A stretch of DNA of 64,000 nt from IMG/VR virus record IMGVR_UViG_3300036940_000232. One strand, 5' to 3'. The DNA comes from a virus. The notes beneath the pieces are model-generated. The model was given only the letters and a program-made list of their open reading frames with translations. It made no database searches and was not told where the DNA came from. Below are positions 29,500-38,762 of the stretch, one piece after another (positions within the stretch are counted from its first letter, which is position 1; the number at the start of each line of letters is the position of its first letter). A program made the translations under genes and the position numbers.

Positions 29500-29748
29500 C
29501 TATCTTTTAGGCAAACGTTGTAAACTTTTTTAGCCAGTTGTCCTATGTATTTTTTACGCGCGCGCGATCGGGAAATTTTTTTAGGAAGTCCGGAGTATCT
29601 TTTAGGTAAACGTTCGAAAGTTTTTTAGGCTGTTTGTAGTATCTTTTAGGGAAACTGTCTAAAGTTTTTTCGGAGTGGTGAAGTATCTTTTAGGTAGAAC
29701 TTCCTAAATTAATTGGGATTTTTGATATGCAGATTGCAGTATCTTTTA
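29500..29748 (+). repeat. Iteron-like array including copy 2 of the 120-bp repeat
   Basis: (G)TATCTTTTAG at 29501, 29595, 29639, 29683 and 29739. Confidence 0.85.
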
Positions 29749-29949
29749 GTAATAATTCGGATTAATATATTTCAGAAGTGATAAAATATATATATCCTAT
29801 TAGTGCAACTTGTAAAATTCCTTTATACAGATCCTCCCGATGCTTTAATAAACTTTTGAACTGTTGAAAGAAAGTATTTTCTAATGTTTCCGCTGCTATC
29901 GAAAAAACCAAAAGGTTTATATATTTGACACTCGCACGATTAAGGGTGT

Positions 29950-30460
29950 TCTGTTTTTTTCCGTTTCCTTTGTGGTGCGGTGATACGGGCTTTGAATTAA
30001 AGCAAGTATCCACTTTATACCGCCTACAATACGGATGGAATAAGCATGAATCGGCACGACCATACTGTGTCGTTAGTCATGAAGCACGGGCAAGCTAATA
30101 CTGCTCTCAACCGTGAAGGTTGCGGCAAATGCCAGTATGTGTAACAGCATACGTGTGGCTGGAGTTGAGATACCGGCAGGTAATAGCGAAATCCAAGTAA
30201 AACGTGTGGATAGTATGGTACTGCAAGAAGTCGGCAGTCATAGCCTCGTTAAAACTGAGATGGCATCAAGGGCGAGGGATACGGCGGTAGCTATCGCTGT
30301 TTCAGGTCGGTAGGCGACATTGAATAGGCATAGCGTGGGGTGAAATCCATTAACGCTGAACGTATCAACACCTGAGCACACAGGTGAGTGTAATAAGGCA
30401 CATATAGTATAGACTTCCCGTATGGGAAAAACACCACGACTTAATAATTCACAGGAGTGA
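29950..30460 (+). ncRNA. Candidate long structured RNA or leader
   Basis: TATA at about 29915; GC-richer with several stems; no convincing ORF; family not recognised. Confidence 0.4.
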
Positions 30461-30467
30461 TGTAGAT

Positions 30468-31190
30468 ATGGATATTTTTTCATTAACAACAAAAGAGGTC
30501 GGCGAGTTCGTCGAATCTCAGTGTGCAGACAAACAGACAAAAGAACTTATGAGCTGGCTTGATGCTCTTAAGACCGACAAAAAGGTCGAGCTTGACCTGA
30601 CAGTTGCAAAACTGAATGTCGGAAAGGAGATTTCAAGTGGTGAGTTCACACGCCTTAAGGAAGGCAGAGAAGGGTTCGTCAAAGACAACAAATTTGTCGA
30701 GATAACCACTGTCAAGAAGGTAATTGACGGCGATGGTAACATCGTTGATAAGCCTGTAAAGACTTATGTTCTCAAGAACCTTCCTTCAGAGGAGTTTTTC
30801 CTCCCAGACGTATCAGAGGCAGTTGCCCTCAGATATTGCCAACTGGAAGATGAAGATGCAATGGCTCTGGCGGAAGCTGAAGCTAAGGCAGAAAAGTCCG
30901 ACAAGAAGGCAGACTTGCAGGCTCTCGAAGCCCTGAAGTCAGAACTCGCAGACAAGTATCAGGTTGCAAAGAACCTGTTCATCACCAGAACTGCGATGCG
31001 TGAGAGTGCCGACTCTAAGAGGCTTCTCAAACTTCTGCGTTGCGAGGCAGCTCGTAACTTCAAGAGGTGGAAAATATCCAGCATTCAGGCAGTCATTCAG
31101 GCTCGCACAACTAAGAAGGTTGTAGAGGAGCAGGATGCAATCAGCACCAGATGGATGACTGAAGATGCAAAGAAGGAGTTGGGGCTTTAA
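30468..31190 (+). CDS. Hypothetical charged helical protein
   Basis: GGAGTGA RBS; consistent codon usage. Confidence 0.75.
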   Translation: MDIFSLTTKEVGEFVESQCADKQTKELMSWLDALKTDKKVELDLTVAKLNVGKEISSGEFTRLKEGREGFVKDNKFVEITTVKKVIDGDGNIVDKPVKTYVLKNLPSEEFFLPDVSEAVALRYCQLEDEDAMALAEAEAKAEKSDKKADLQALEALKSELADKYQVAKNLFITRTAMRESADSKRLLKLLRCEAARNFKRWKISSIQAVIQARTTKKVVEEQDAISTRWMTEDAKKELGL

Positions 31191-31227
31191 AACCCCAGAC
31201 TCTATAAAGTATAGGAGTTGATAATCA

Positions 31228-31722
31228 ATGGCGAAAGGATGGCAAAAAGCTAAGAAGGATTCCCGTAAGCGCGGGGCTGCTGAAGACAAAAGAATACGCA
31301 GAGATGCGTCTAAAGTCGGCGGCATTCCATATAGCAAGCGTGCTGACAAAGTTTACACCAACGCAATGATAGATAAACGAATTGCTCAAATGCGTGCCGG
31401 TGCTGAGCTTTGCACACAAGCAATCCCTAGCCTTGAGATTCCAGAGGATGAGAAAGTTTGGAAACAGATGAATAACCTCATGCCTCAAGGGAAAGGCGGC
31501 AACATGGCTGCTTTCCCACTCCTTACTACTGAAAGCATTGTGCATAAAGCGGTCAATCGTTTGATGCCTCCACATGAGGAAGCTAACTATAATATAACGA
31601 TGGCGGCATACTATGCAAAGAAGCCGAAAGGCAACCCAAAGCCGCTCAATTCCAAAGCACAGAAGGCTGCAAGAGAAGAAAGGCAGAAGAGATATGGAAC
31701 TGGAAGCGGTACTTCCCATTAA
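31228..31722 (+). CDS. Basic hypothetical protein (possible nucleic-acid binder)
   Basis: AGGAG RBS; Lys/Arg-rich termini. Confidence 0.7.
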   Translation: MAKGWQKAKKDSRKRGAAEDKRIRRDASKVGGIPYSKRADKVYTNAMIDKRIAQMRAGAELCTQAIPSLEIPEDEKVWKQMNNLMPQGKGGNMAAFPLLTTESIVHKAVNRLMPPHEEANYNITMAAYYAKKPKGNPKPLNSKAQKAAREERQKRYGTGSGTSH

Positions 31723-31839
31723 AGATGGGAGATGAAAGACACAAACCTCAAGAGGTTTTTAATCTAATGGGCTAAAGCCCCCCAATATACTAATACGTTG
31801 CTAAGATATATAAATCTTGCGGCGGGCAGGTGATTCACA

Positions 31840-32013
31840 ATGACAGGCAAAAACAGTTGGAAGAATGCACGTAAAGACCCATTTCTCAAGATGCAAGGGA
31901 TTGTTGGCGGTCAGAACATCGTGAGAGATGACGCGCATTTGCCTTCCAGATTCGCACATAATCCGGCACTCAGGCGCGTTAGAGACCGTGCGCAGGACAT
32001 CCCTGAGGATTGA
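31840..32013 (+). CDS. Small basic protein (57 aa; not in ORF track)
   Basis: GGTGA RBS; MTGKNSWKNARKDP...IPED. Confidence 0.6.
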   Translation: MTGKNSWKNARKDPFLKMQGIVGGQNIVRDDAHLPSRFAHNPALRRVRDRAQDIPED

Positions 32014-32774
32014 CGAGGATGCCCATAGCGAGCATTTCTTTATGCAAGCGTACATTAGGATCGAAAGCTCGTTAGAACGTATAATATACCCATTGTTGCC
32101 GAGTGTCCGATTTACAAAAAATCCTTTGTTGTCGTAACGTTCCTCACAGTAATGACGGCACTCACGCGGTAACGCAAACCAAAAAAAAGGTGCTAGCAAG
32201 CCTAAACTCACTAACACCTAAAATTTTTCGCTACCTATGGCAAAAAAAGAATCAATGCAATCCAAACATTGCAACTAACTCTTACAACCTATGCTTATTA
32301 AAGCGCAGATAAACATAAGTTTTCTAAGCTTATAAACCTGCATTTGCTTCAATAAGCAAAAACAACGTACACTTCATTAACTCATTTGAAACTTGCGAAT
32401 AAACACTGTTTTCAATTAGACGAAGTATGAATTGCGTCTTATACATGTACAATCGAACACAATTTTCAATTCTTACGAATATGAATTTATGTTCATTTCG
32501 TACAATAGCAACAAATCCCAAGACGCAAATAAAACAATTGAGTATTTATCTTTAGGATTCTGTTACTTGTACAATTGTACAAGTTTAAGAGTAAAAGTGC
32601 TCAACAGCCCCGAAAATTCTCGGAGAAAAGACATAGCTACCGCTGTTGGCTTAAGACGAAACATCTGTAGAAATCGACTAACATGTTAGATTTCGCGCGT
32701 TTGAGATGTTTCACTCTACCCTACATATGAATTGCTATAAAGCACATACTATATAAAGGTTTCGGAGGAATACA

Positions 32775-33017
32775 ATGAAAATCCCAGAAGAATTGCTGAA
32801 ATTAACCGTGACTAAAAAAAGCGGCGTGTTTAGATACATTGCAAGCCAAGTCTCATTAGAGGATGGCGTCTTTGTAATTGCCAGTGCAGATGGCAAGCGC
32901 GCAAAATATATTCCACATACCGCATATGAGAACATTGATGTGGACTTACTGGAAGGTACAGAATACGACAGTGTAGTTGAAAAACTCAAGGCGGTGTTTG
33001 ATAATGGCAGTGATTGA
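32775..33017 (+). CDS. Hypothetical protein
   Basis: GGAGG RBS. Confidence 0.65.
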   Translation: MKIPEELLKLTVTKKSGVFRYIASQVSLEDGVFVIASADGKRAKYIPHTAYENIDVDLLEGTEYDSVVEKLKAVFDNGSD

Positions 33018-33315
33018 AAATCCTGTTGAGGACTCGGAGCGCGAGATTCAGGTAGTTATGGACAAGACAGAGGACATAGTGCCGCAGGTTGTCGCACTTC
33101 TAAAGAGCTTCTATAAGAAGTATAATGCCATTGGTTACTACTGCACTGGAGTCAAATATGCGGCGCCGGAAATGGTAATTTGGCATCTTGTCTTCTCTAA
33201 GAAAGTCACAGACGATATGACGGAAGAGATAAGACAATCTCTTGTTGAAATTGATTCAAAATTCGGATACGGCGGAGCACCCAGTGGCTCTCCGGTATCA
33301 TGTCCATGCAGGTGA
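32977..33315 (+). CDS. Hypothetical protein
   Basis: Operon context; true start probably MAVIEN. Confidence 0.6.
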   Translation: MKNSRRCLIMAVIENPVEDSEREIQVVMDKTEDIVPQVVALLKSFYKKYNAIGYYCTGVKYAAPEMVIWHLVFSKKVTDDMTEEIRQSLVEIDSKFGYGGAPSGSPVSCPCR

Positions 33316-33319
33316 GAGA

Positions 33320-33592
33320 ATGAGCAGTTGGGACAGACCGGCACCTGATGCCGAAGACGTTGGTACAGAAGCATGTGAGGATTACCTAGAATCGTGTGGA
33401 TGCGTTGTATTTTCCGATGATAAGGTCGGGGAACTTGTTGATAGGCTTGTTGCCTATGTACAATTGAATGACAGATTCAGATGGAAGCAGCAGCGATATG
33501 GCAGACAGGCCGAGCTAGAAGAATTACTCGAAGGGTACTTCGGTTTCTCAAAACAGAGGATTGAAGAAATAAAAAGAGAGGCACTAAAATGA
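33320..33592 (+). CDS. Hypothetical protein
   Basis: GGTGAG RBS before MSSWDRP. Confidence 0.6.
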   Translation: MSSWDRPAPDAEDVGTEACEDYLESCGCVVFSDDKVGELVDRLVAYVQLNDRFRWKQQRYGRQAELEELLEGYFGFSKQRIEEIKREALK

Positions 33593-33900
33593 TACTCCTG
33601 AATGCCACCTCTAATACGCCAGCGACAAACAAAATCACGGACATGCCGGAAGAAATCAAAGCAGACATGATTCGGCTGTTCGATATGTCTGACAGCCCCG
33701 ACGATCTTTTACAGGGCATTAGAGTGATGCTGATTGCTAACATGATAGAGTCAGCATTCATCGATTTCCACGACCGTGGACAGGTCATCATAAACGGCGA
33801 CCATCCATACTCGATTGCGCTGATGGCAGTGCTAACTTCAAAAGGTATTGGAGCGCTCACAGCAACACAAGTGCCGCAGGACATGTGGCAGGAGACATAA
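33589..33900 (+). CDS. Hypothetical protein
   Basis: Coupled start/stop. Confidence 0.6.
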   Translation: MILLNATSNTPATNKITDMPEEIKADMIRLFDMSDSPDDLLQGIRVMLIANMIESAFIDFHDRGQVIINGDHPYSIALMAVLTSKGIGALTATQVPQDMWQET

Positions 33901-33901
33901 T

Positions 33902-34483
33902 ATGTATATAGCAAACGGATACGACATGGAAGTTCTTGATGGGATAGTTCATCTAAACAAAGTGCCTGTTTCAGATTTACGTCTGGTAAGCAACCTCCTC
34001 ACTGGCGCACAGAACACAGTTGGCGCTGGCATTTTCACAACAGAACATAGCAGTTCATTCAGATTCAATAATCAAGACTGCCGTGCTGTATTCGGTTGCC
34101 CTATTTCTTGGTATGATGATTTACATACCGATAGGGAAAGGATGTATTTCATTGCGGACAGAGTTGACGCAGTACGTCACGCTTATGAAGCCCGCTTACA
34201 TCGTACAATTTATTGGCGTGGCAATAAGATAACACTCAGCCAGTTTGGTTTACATTTACAGAATCCATTACAACTCACACACAAGCTAACAAAGGTCGAG
34301 GCTTGTACTGAAGACGGGATATTTAGTTCCGGAATCAGTGTTACATACGCTGTAGGTGAGCATAGACAGTGTATAGAATACGCTCCGATAGGCAATTGTT
34401 TCGGAAGCGATGAAGCAATTAAGGAAGAGTTAGAACGCAGGATGTATGAAGTACAGGCGTTCTCAAGTCAATACAGAAACTGA
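33902..34483 (+). CDS. Hypothetical protein, paralog of 34493-35119
   Basis: GxGIFT..S..F and GIFSS repeats; AGGAG RBS. Confidence 0.65.
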   Translation: MYIANGYDMEVLDGIVHLNKVPVSDLRLVSNLLTGAQNTVGAGIFTTEHSSSFRFNNQDCRAVFGCPISWYDDLHTDRERMYFIADRVDAVRHAYEARLHRTIYWRGNKITLSQFGLHLQNPLQLTHKLTKVEACTEDGIFSSGISVTYAVGEHRQCIEYAPIGNCFGSDEAIKEELERRMYEVQAFSSQYRN

Positions 34484-34492
34484 GGCAAGAAA

Positions 34493-35119
34493 ATGATACA
34501 GATAGGTAACAATACATTTGCATTTGGGAAGCACGGAATTGTAATGAACGGACAGGTAACATCTGAACAACATGCAAGTTTTGCAATTACCGGATGTCCT
34601 AGTATCGGCACAGGGATTTTCACACCACAGGAAAGTGCAGCTTTCAAAACTCCAAATTCGTTTTGTAAGGTTTACTTCGGAAGGGCAGTGAACTATAAAA
34701 AGCTTACGTCAGAAGACGAAATTGTCAAATTCATCAGGCGTAGAGTTCAAACACTCCAGAAAGTTGCAGGTCTTAAAACCGTAGACAACTTCGAATTCCA
34801 CGGACATAAGGTAAGTGTTTACAGGAAGAGCCTGAATGTAATAGGAGCTGCAGCAATCACGGAAGCTCTCACTGGAGCTGAATTTGTCGATGGTCATGGA
34901 ATCTTCTCATCCGACAGATTCGTAACCGTAGAAGCCTTTGGTGAGAGAAAGGAATTTGATTTCCCAATTATCGGACTTGCACTCGGTGAAGCCGACGAGA
35001 TCAAATACATGCTTGAGAATAGGCTCAAACTTGTAAGAGATTGGGTCGAATCAGTCAGGCCCGCGCCAGAGCAAGAATTGTATCAGAAAACAATTGTAAT
35101 TAATATCATGGAGGTCTAA
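34493..35119 (+). CDS. Hypothetical protein, paralog of 33902-34483
   Basis: Same motif pair. Confidence 0.65.
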   Translation: MIQIGNNTFAFGKHGIVMNGQVTSEQHASFAITGCPSIGTGIFTPQESAAFKTPNSFCKVYFGRAVNYKKLTSEDEIVKFIRRRVQTLQKVAGLKTVDNFEFHGHKVSVYRKSLNVIGAAAITEALTGAEFVDGHGIFSSDRFVTVEAFGERKEFDFPIIGLALGEADEIKYMLENRLKLVRDWVESVRPAPEQELYQKTIVINIMEV

Positions 35120-35120
35120 T

Positions 35121-35399
35121 ATGAGAGACACAGAATCTGCAAATCCTAGGCATCACGTACAGCTTGAAAAAATTCCGGATGAGAACGATGATCTATATAG
35201 GGTGTCAAGAATTGTAGATGCCCCGCTCAGTTCAAAGGTAAGTATGGATCCAGTTACGCCTGAAAGTGTAGCTAAATGGGCAGATGGGATGTTAAGAATC
35301 AAGGCAGCCCAGGCTAATCATGAAGATTACCAGTCACCTTATCCGCAGGGTCGTCCTCTCAGAGAAATACTCCAACATCAAGGACGGTTCCATCTATGA
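35121..35399 (+). CDS. Hypothetical protein
   Basis: GGAGG RBS. Confidence 0.6.
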   Translation: MRDTESANPRHHVQLEKIPDENDDLYRVSRIVDAPLSSKVSMDPVTPESVAKWADGMLRIKAAQANHEDYQSPYPQGRPLREILQHQGRFHL

Positions 35400-35696
35400 G
35401 CGGAGAAACGACATCAGCTATATATGCCTGTATCAGTTTCATTCTTGCGGTTCTCTGTGCATTTGTATATTGGCCGCTTGCATTCCTTTTCGGATTCTTC
35501 TTCCAGATGTTTCTGATGGAATCTATTGCGTACTGGGTAGCAAAGAAAGTGATGGCTGATGGATGATCTAAAGGGAGTCATGTTAATAGGGCTTATCATG
35601 ATGATAACCCCGATTTACCCAATCAACGGACTTGGTGGAATCATACTATTCGCCAGTGCACTCTGGTGGATAATTACAAAATGGTTTGGTGATTAA

Positions 35697-35957
35697 ATGC
35701 AGGACTATGCAAACGTTTTGCTTCATGCAAAACAAATGATGAGGGCGCTTAAAACCGTTCATCCAGAAGCGACATTCGAACAATCTTTATTACTCCCATC
35801 CGAAGTAAAATTCGAGATGCGTAAGACAGATTTTACAGTCAGCATTTTCATTCCAGAGGATGCGAACACAGCAAACTATTCCTATACACAAGACGTATAT
35901 GGTGTCCTATTTGACGCAGATAGTAGAATGATGTCATTAACTTCAGAGGTATACTAA
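35697..35957 (+). CDS. Hypothetical protein
   Basis: GGTGA RBS. Confidence 0.6.
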   Translation: MQDYANVLLHAKQMMRALKTVHPEATFEQSLLLPSEVKFEMRKTDFTVSIFIPEDANTANYSYTQDVYGVLFDADSRMMSLTSEVY

Positions 35958-36406
35958 TGATAGACGATGCAGAGAAATATGCAGCTCAACTTTTACGCTT
36001 GATTGTTCAGGCGAGAACAAACAAAGAAGCTCTTACTCATGGAGTTTGCCAGTGTAGCGATGGCAAGTTCCTTGAAATGACATTGACAATGGCTAACATG
36101 TCAATAGTCAACGGCAACTCATACACCCCGCTCAAATCAGAAAAGCCGAGTCTGTGGGGAGAAGAACTTGTTGTGGCAATCATGTACACAGCAGGAGAAT
36201 TTGCTCTTCAAATGCTTCCGTGGAGCAGTCTTATATTACGCTTTGAGACAAATGAAATCCCAAGAACGCTTCTAATAGAGAATATTATTGATGGAATTGC
36301 AGAAGTTACTCTCGTTAATTGTGATGACATTAACGTAGATGAGCTTGGAGAAGATTTTAGTAGGCTAGATGATGGATCCATCAATGTTGTAATAGTGGAT
36401 GAATAA
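35957..36406 (+). CDS. Hypothetical protein
   Basis: GAGGT RBS; coupled. Confidence 0.6.
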   Translation: MIDDAEKYAAQLLRLIVQARTNKEALTHGVCQCSDGKFLEMTLTMANMSIVNGNSYTPLKSEKPSLWGEELVVAIMYTAGEFALQMLPWSSLILRFETNEIPRTLLIENIIDGIAEVTLVNCDDINVDELGEDFSRLDDGSINVVIVDE

Positions 36407-36630
36407 ACATGGCAAACGATAACGCAACACTTGTCAACCTTTTGCACTCTCTTTCAATCGCTGAAGGGAATATAGACGAATTGGGAAAGCGAAAAGAGTT
36501 CGATAGGTTGCGTGCATTGTTTAGAGAACTCAAAGCCGAAACTAAAGAGTTATCACAAGAAAGGTGGTTCAATTAATGGGCGGTCGCATAAAAATAAATC
36601 CAAAGAAAGTACAGGAACAGATACGCAAAG

Positions 36631-36861
36631 ATGAAGTTGACTATACACATTGGAGTAGTGGACGAGCACCATCACAACATACAAGGAGGAAATGAAATGG
36701 TAGAAGTATCGGATGACTTTATGAAAGCCGTGAACGGCTTAGTAGAAACAGCATATGAGACAATCGGACAGCTCGCCAGTATTCAGGATTGTCCCGAAGA
36801 CATTGCAATGCTTGCTAATGCTGTAGATCGTGTTAAAGCACATAGTCCTGTAACGGAGTGA
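36631..36861 (+). CDS. Hypothetical protein
   Basis: Operon context; the start may be downstream. Confidence 0.5.
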   Translation: MKLTIHIGVVDEHHHNIQGGNEMVEVSDDFMKAVNGLVETAYETIGQLASIQDCPEDIAMLANAVDRVKAHSPVTE

Positions 36862-37091
36862 GTAAGATGCAACAGACAAAGAACGCAGACGGCACATTTG
36901 ATTTCACGAATGTAGATCCTGAAGTGGCGTTCTGGATGGCGTATTGTATGAAGTACTATGCCAGAAATGGTGCCGAATCAAACGCATACTCGTTCAAACG
37001 TGCCATTGAAATTGTCAATGAGAAGATTGAGACAGGTGAAGTTCCGGATGAGTACTTCAAGAGTTCAACAACTGTATCGGAGGCTCTATGA
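36858..37091 (+). CDS. Hypothetical protein
   Basis: Coupled. Confidence 0.55.
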   Translation: MSKMQQTKNADGTFDFTNVDPEVAFWMAYCMKYYARNGAESNAYSFKRAIEIVNEKIETGEVPDEYFKSSTTVSEAL

Positions 37092-37492
37092 AATTGACGG
37101 ATAGTGCCGAAATAAACGATAGGCTGATGAGTCAGCTTCTCGTAAAATATCCCGATGTTAAATGGAGTTTGCGGACAAGGTTCGACGTACTTAGATGGAC
37201 GTACGAAGTCACAGCGAAGTGGGAAGACGGCCCATCAGTCGATGACCTAATGAATGTACTCAAAGAGGTTAAGAAGACATTGCCAACTGATAAAGCTGTC
37301 TTTGTAACATCTGAAAGAGACTATAGTACAGAGGTTTTACTCAATGAGGCGCGCGCAGTTGCCAAGAATGAGTGGATACTTCACGACATAAATCAGATAA
37401 ATATCCGGTATATTGAGGTGCGAGGAGTCACTTTGGAGCGCTTTGCAAGGGATAATTTACACTTTAAGACAATTAGCGGTGCTAAAACATAG
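37088..37492 (+). CDS. LPD29-like domain protein
   Basis: WS.R....V..KWEDGPS...R.YS motif. Confidence 0.55.
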   Translation: MKLTDSAEINDRLMSQLLVKYPDVKWSLRTRFDVLRWTYEVTAKWEDGPSVDDLMNVLKEVKKTLPTDKAVFVTSERDYSTEVLLNEARAVAKNEWILHDINQINIRYIEVRGVTLERFARDNLHFKTISGAKT

Positions 37493-37503
37493 TTGCGCAC
37501 CGC

Positions 37504-37540
37504 AACCTTTATATAACTTGAACACATATAGTATATTACC
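37504..37540 (+). promoter_or_regulatory. Promoter of the tRNA/ncRNA cluster
   Basis: CAACC-TTTATATA just upstream of the first tRNA-like RNA. Confidence 0.7.
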
Positions 37541-37548
37541 AACAAATT

Positions 37549-37678
37549 GTGCCGGTAGCTCAGTCAGGCAGAGCGCTAAAATTTCCGTATACGCCTGTTC
37601 AAACCAAACGGTTTGTGTAGTACACGGTTACTTCGTCTTGTAAACGAGAGGTCAGTGGTTCAAATCCACTCCGGCACG
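37549..37678 (+). ncRNA. tRNA-Thr(TGT)-like RNA with a Y-like stem inserted in the anticodon arm
   Basis: Intact acceptor, D and T arms; CT-TGT-AA loop kept; about 55-nt hairpin insert carrying TGTAG-N7-TTACTTC. Confidence 0.8.
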
Positions 37679-37681
37679 TTA

Positions 37682-37753
37682 GAGGTGTGTGCAGAATGCG
37701 GTTACTTCAGAAATGGTTTGAAATGCACAACCGCATTCGTCTATTCACACCTC
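37682..37753 (+). ncRNA. Y-like hairpin RNA 1
   Basis: Two stems with an internal loop; TGCAG-N7-TTACTTC. Confidence 0.75.
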
Positions 37754-37760
37754 GTAGCAT

Positions 37761-37896
37761 GTGGGAATAGCTCAACAGGCAGAGCGTCAGCACCAATAAA
37801 GCCCGCTATCGCCAATTGAAAGCGTAAGCTTTCCGTAGATTGCGGATACTTCATGAACCGAGCTGAAGGTTAGCAGTTCGAGTCTGCTTTCCCACT
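37761..37896 (+). ncRNA. tRNA-scaffold RNA with a Y-like stem replacing the anticodon loop
   Basis: GTGGGAA/TTCCCAC acceptor, D and T arms, TCAGC/GCTGA stem; CGTAG-N7-ATACTTC. Confidence 0.8.
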
Positions 37897-37899
37897 TAC

Positions 37900-37971
37900 G
37901 CAGTGTGTAGCGAGCAGATACTTCAATGATATGCAGATATGACAACCGTTCTGCTTGCGTCGATTCACTGC
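37900..37971 (+). ncRNA. Y-like hairpin RNA 2
   Basis: TGTAG-N7-ATACTTC with a complementary 3' strand. Confidence 0.75.
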
Positions 37972-38010
37972 TAATACGAACACAAATAGAAGCATATAAA
38001 GAATAAACCA

Positions 38011-38084
38011 TTGGGAGTGTGTAGGTGACGGTTACTTCATTGAAACTGAAACCGATAACACCGTCATCGCTTGTTCACTCCCAA
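38011..38084 (+). ncRNA. Y-like hairpin RNA 3
   Basis: TGTAG-N7-TTACTTC; TTGGGAGTG/CACTCCCAA closing stem. Confidence 0.75.
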
Positions 38085-38096
38085 TACCAATCATTT

Positions 38097-38225
38097 GCGG
38101 AGGTTGCCCAGCCAGGCAAGGCGCCAGCATAATAGTGCGCTCTCGCCTTTCCCATGTTTTGCATGGTGTAGATAGCGCTTACTTCAGGGAGCTGGATTTC
38201 GGCGGTTCAAATCCGCCCCTCTGCA
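38097..38225 (+). ncRNA. tRNA-scaffold RNA with a Y-like stem replacing the anticodon loop
   Basis: GCGGAGG/CCTCTGC acceptor, CCAGC/GCTGG stem; TGTAG-N7-TTACTTC. Confidence 0.8.
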
Positions 38226-38247
38226 CTAAATATAATGGAGGATTAAT

Positions 38248-38703
38248 ATGGTTAAGAACTGTTTACTAACACCAAGAATTCACAAGTATTGGAAAAGTGC
38301 TGACAGTGATTGTGCTATATTAACTCCAATACCTATCAAGATGGGAGTTATCGATGTACCTTGGGCACTCATTCATGTAATAAGTGGCAATAGGTATTAT
38401 CAACCGATGGAATACGAAATGCTTGAAGCTAAAATGCTTTATCCAAATACACGTTTTGAAACAGATTACGGTTGGGAAAAATGTAATTTGCATGATATAA
38501 TGGAAGATTGTGTAGAAAGAAGCTCAGAAGTACGTGGGTTCACATTCAGACATAACAATGAAACTATTATGCAAGTAACTGTTGATTCATGGATCCGTGG
38601 TTTATTATCACTTGAGCGTGCTCAATATATAGATATACATCAGTTATCTCCAGCTCAAAACTTTGAGTGGGATATTTACAGACAACGTGCTCTCATGAGT
38701 TAG
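38248..38703 (+). CDS. Hypothetical protein
   Basis: GGAGG RBS; 3' end overlaps tRNA-Pro. Confidence 0.6.
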   Translation: MVKNCLLTPRIHKYWKSADSDCAILTPIPIKMGVIDVPWALIHVISGNRYYQPMEYEMLEAKMLYPNTRFETDYGWEKCNLHDIMEDCVERSSEVRGFTFRHNNETIMQVTVDSWIRGLLSLERAQYIDIHQLSPAQNFEWDIYRQRALMS

Positions 38704-38760
38704 AGGTCATGCCTCGGCGTTTGGAACGCCGATACTCCAGTTCGATTCTGGATGGGAGCA
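38689..38760 (+). tRNA. tRNA-Pro(TGG)
   Basis: Cloverleaf; CGGCG-TT-TGG-AA-CGCCG. Confidence 0.8.
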
Positions 38761-38762
38761 TT

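Noticed and set aside
26500-29750. CRISPR array
   Set aside because: Repeats are degenerate, irregularly spaced by whole ORFs and tied to terminators; no constant repeat-spacer period and no cas genes.
29950-30460. RNase P, SRP, tmRNA or group I/II intron
   Set aside because: I did not find their hallmark sequences (GAGGAA..UCC, SRP helix 8, tag ORF, P7 or domain V); the same applies to 38763-38961.
37576-37635. Non-canonical spliceable intron in the first tRNA-Thr-like RNA
   Set aside because: No BHB could be drawn for cuts at 27/28 or 28/29, and the insert matches the Y-like family; a relaxed motif is not fully excluded.
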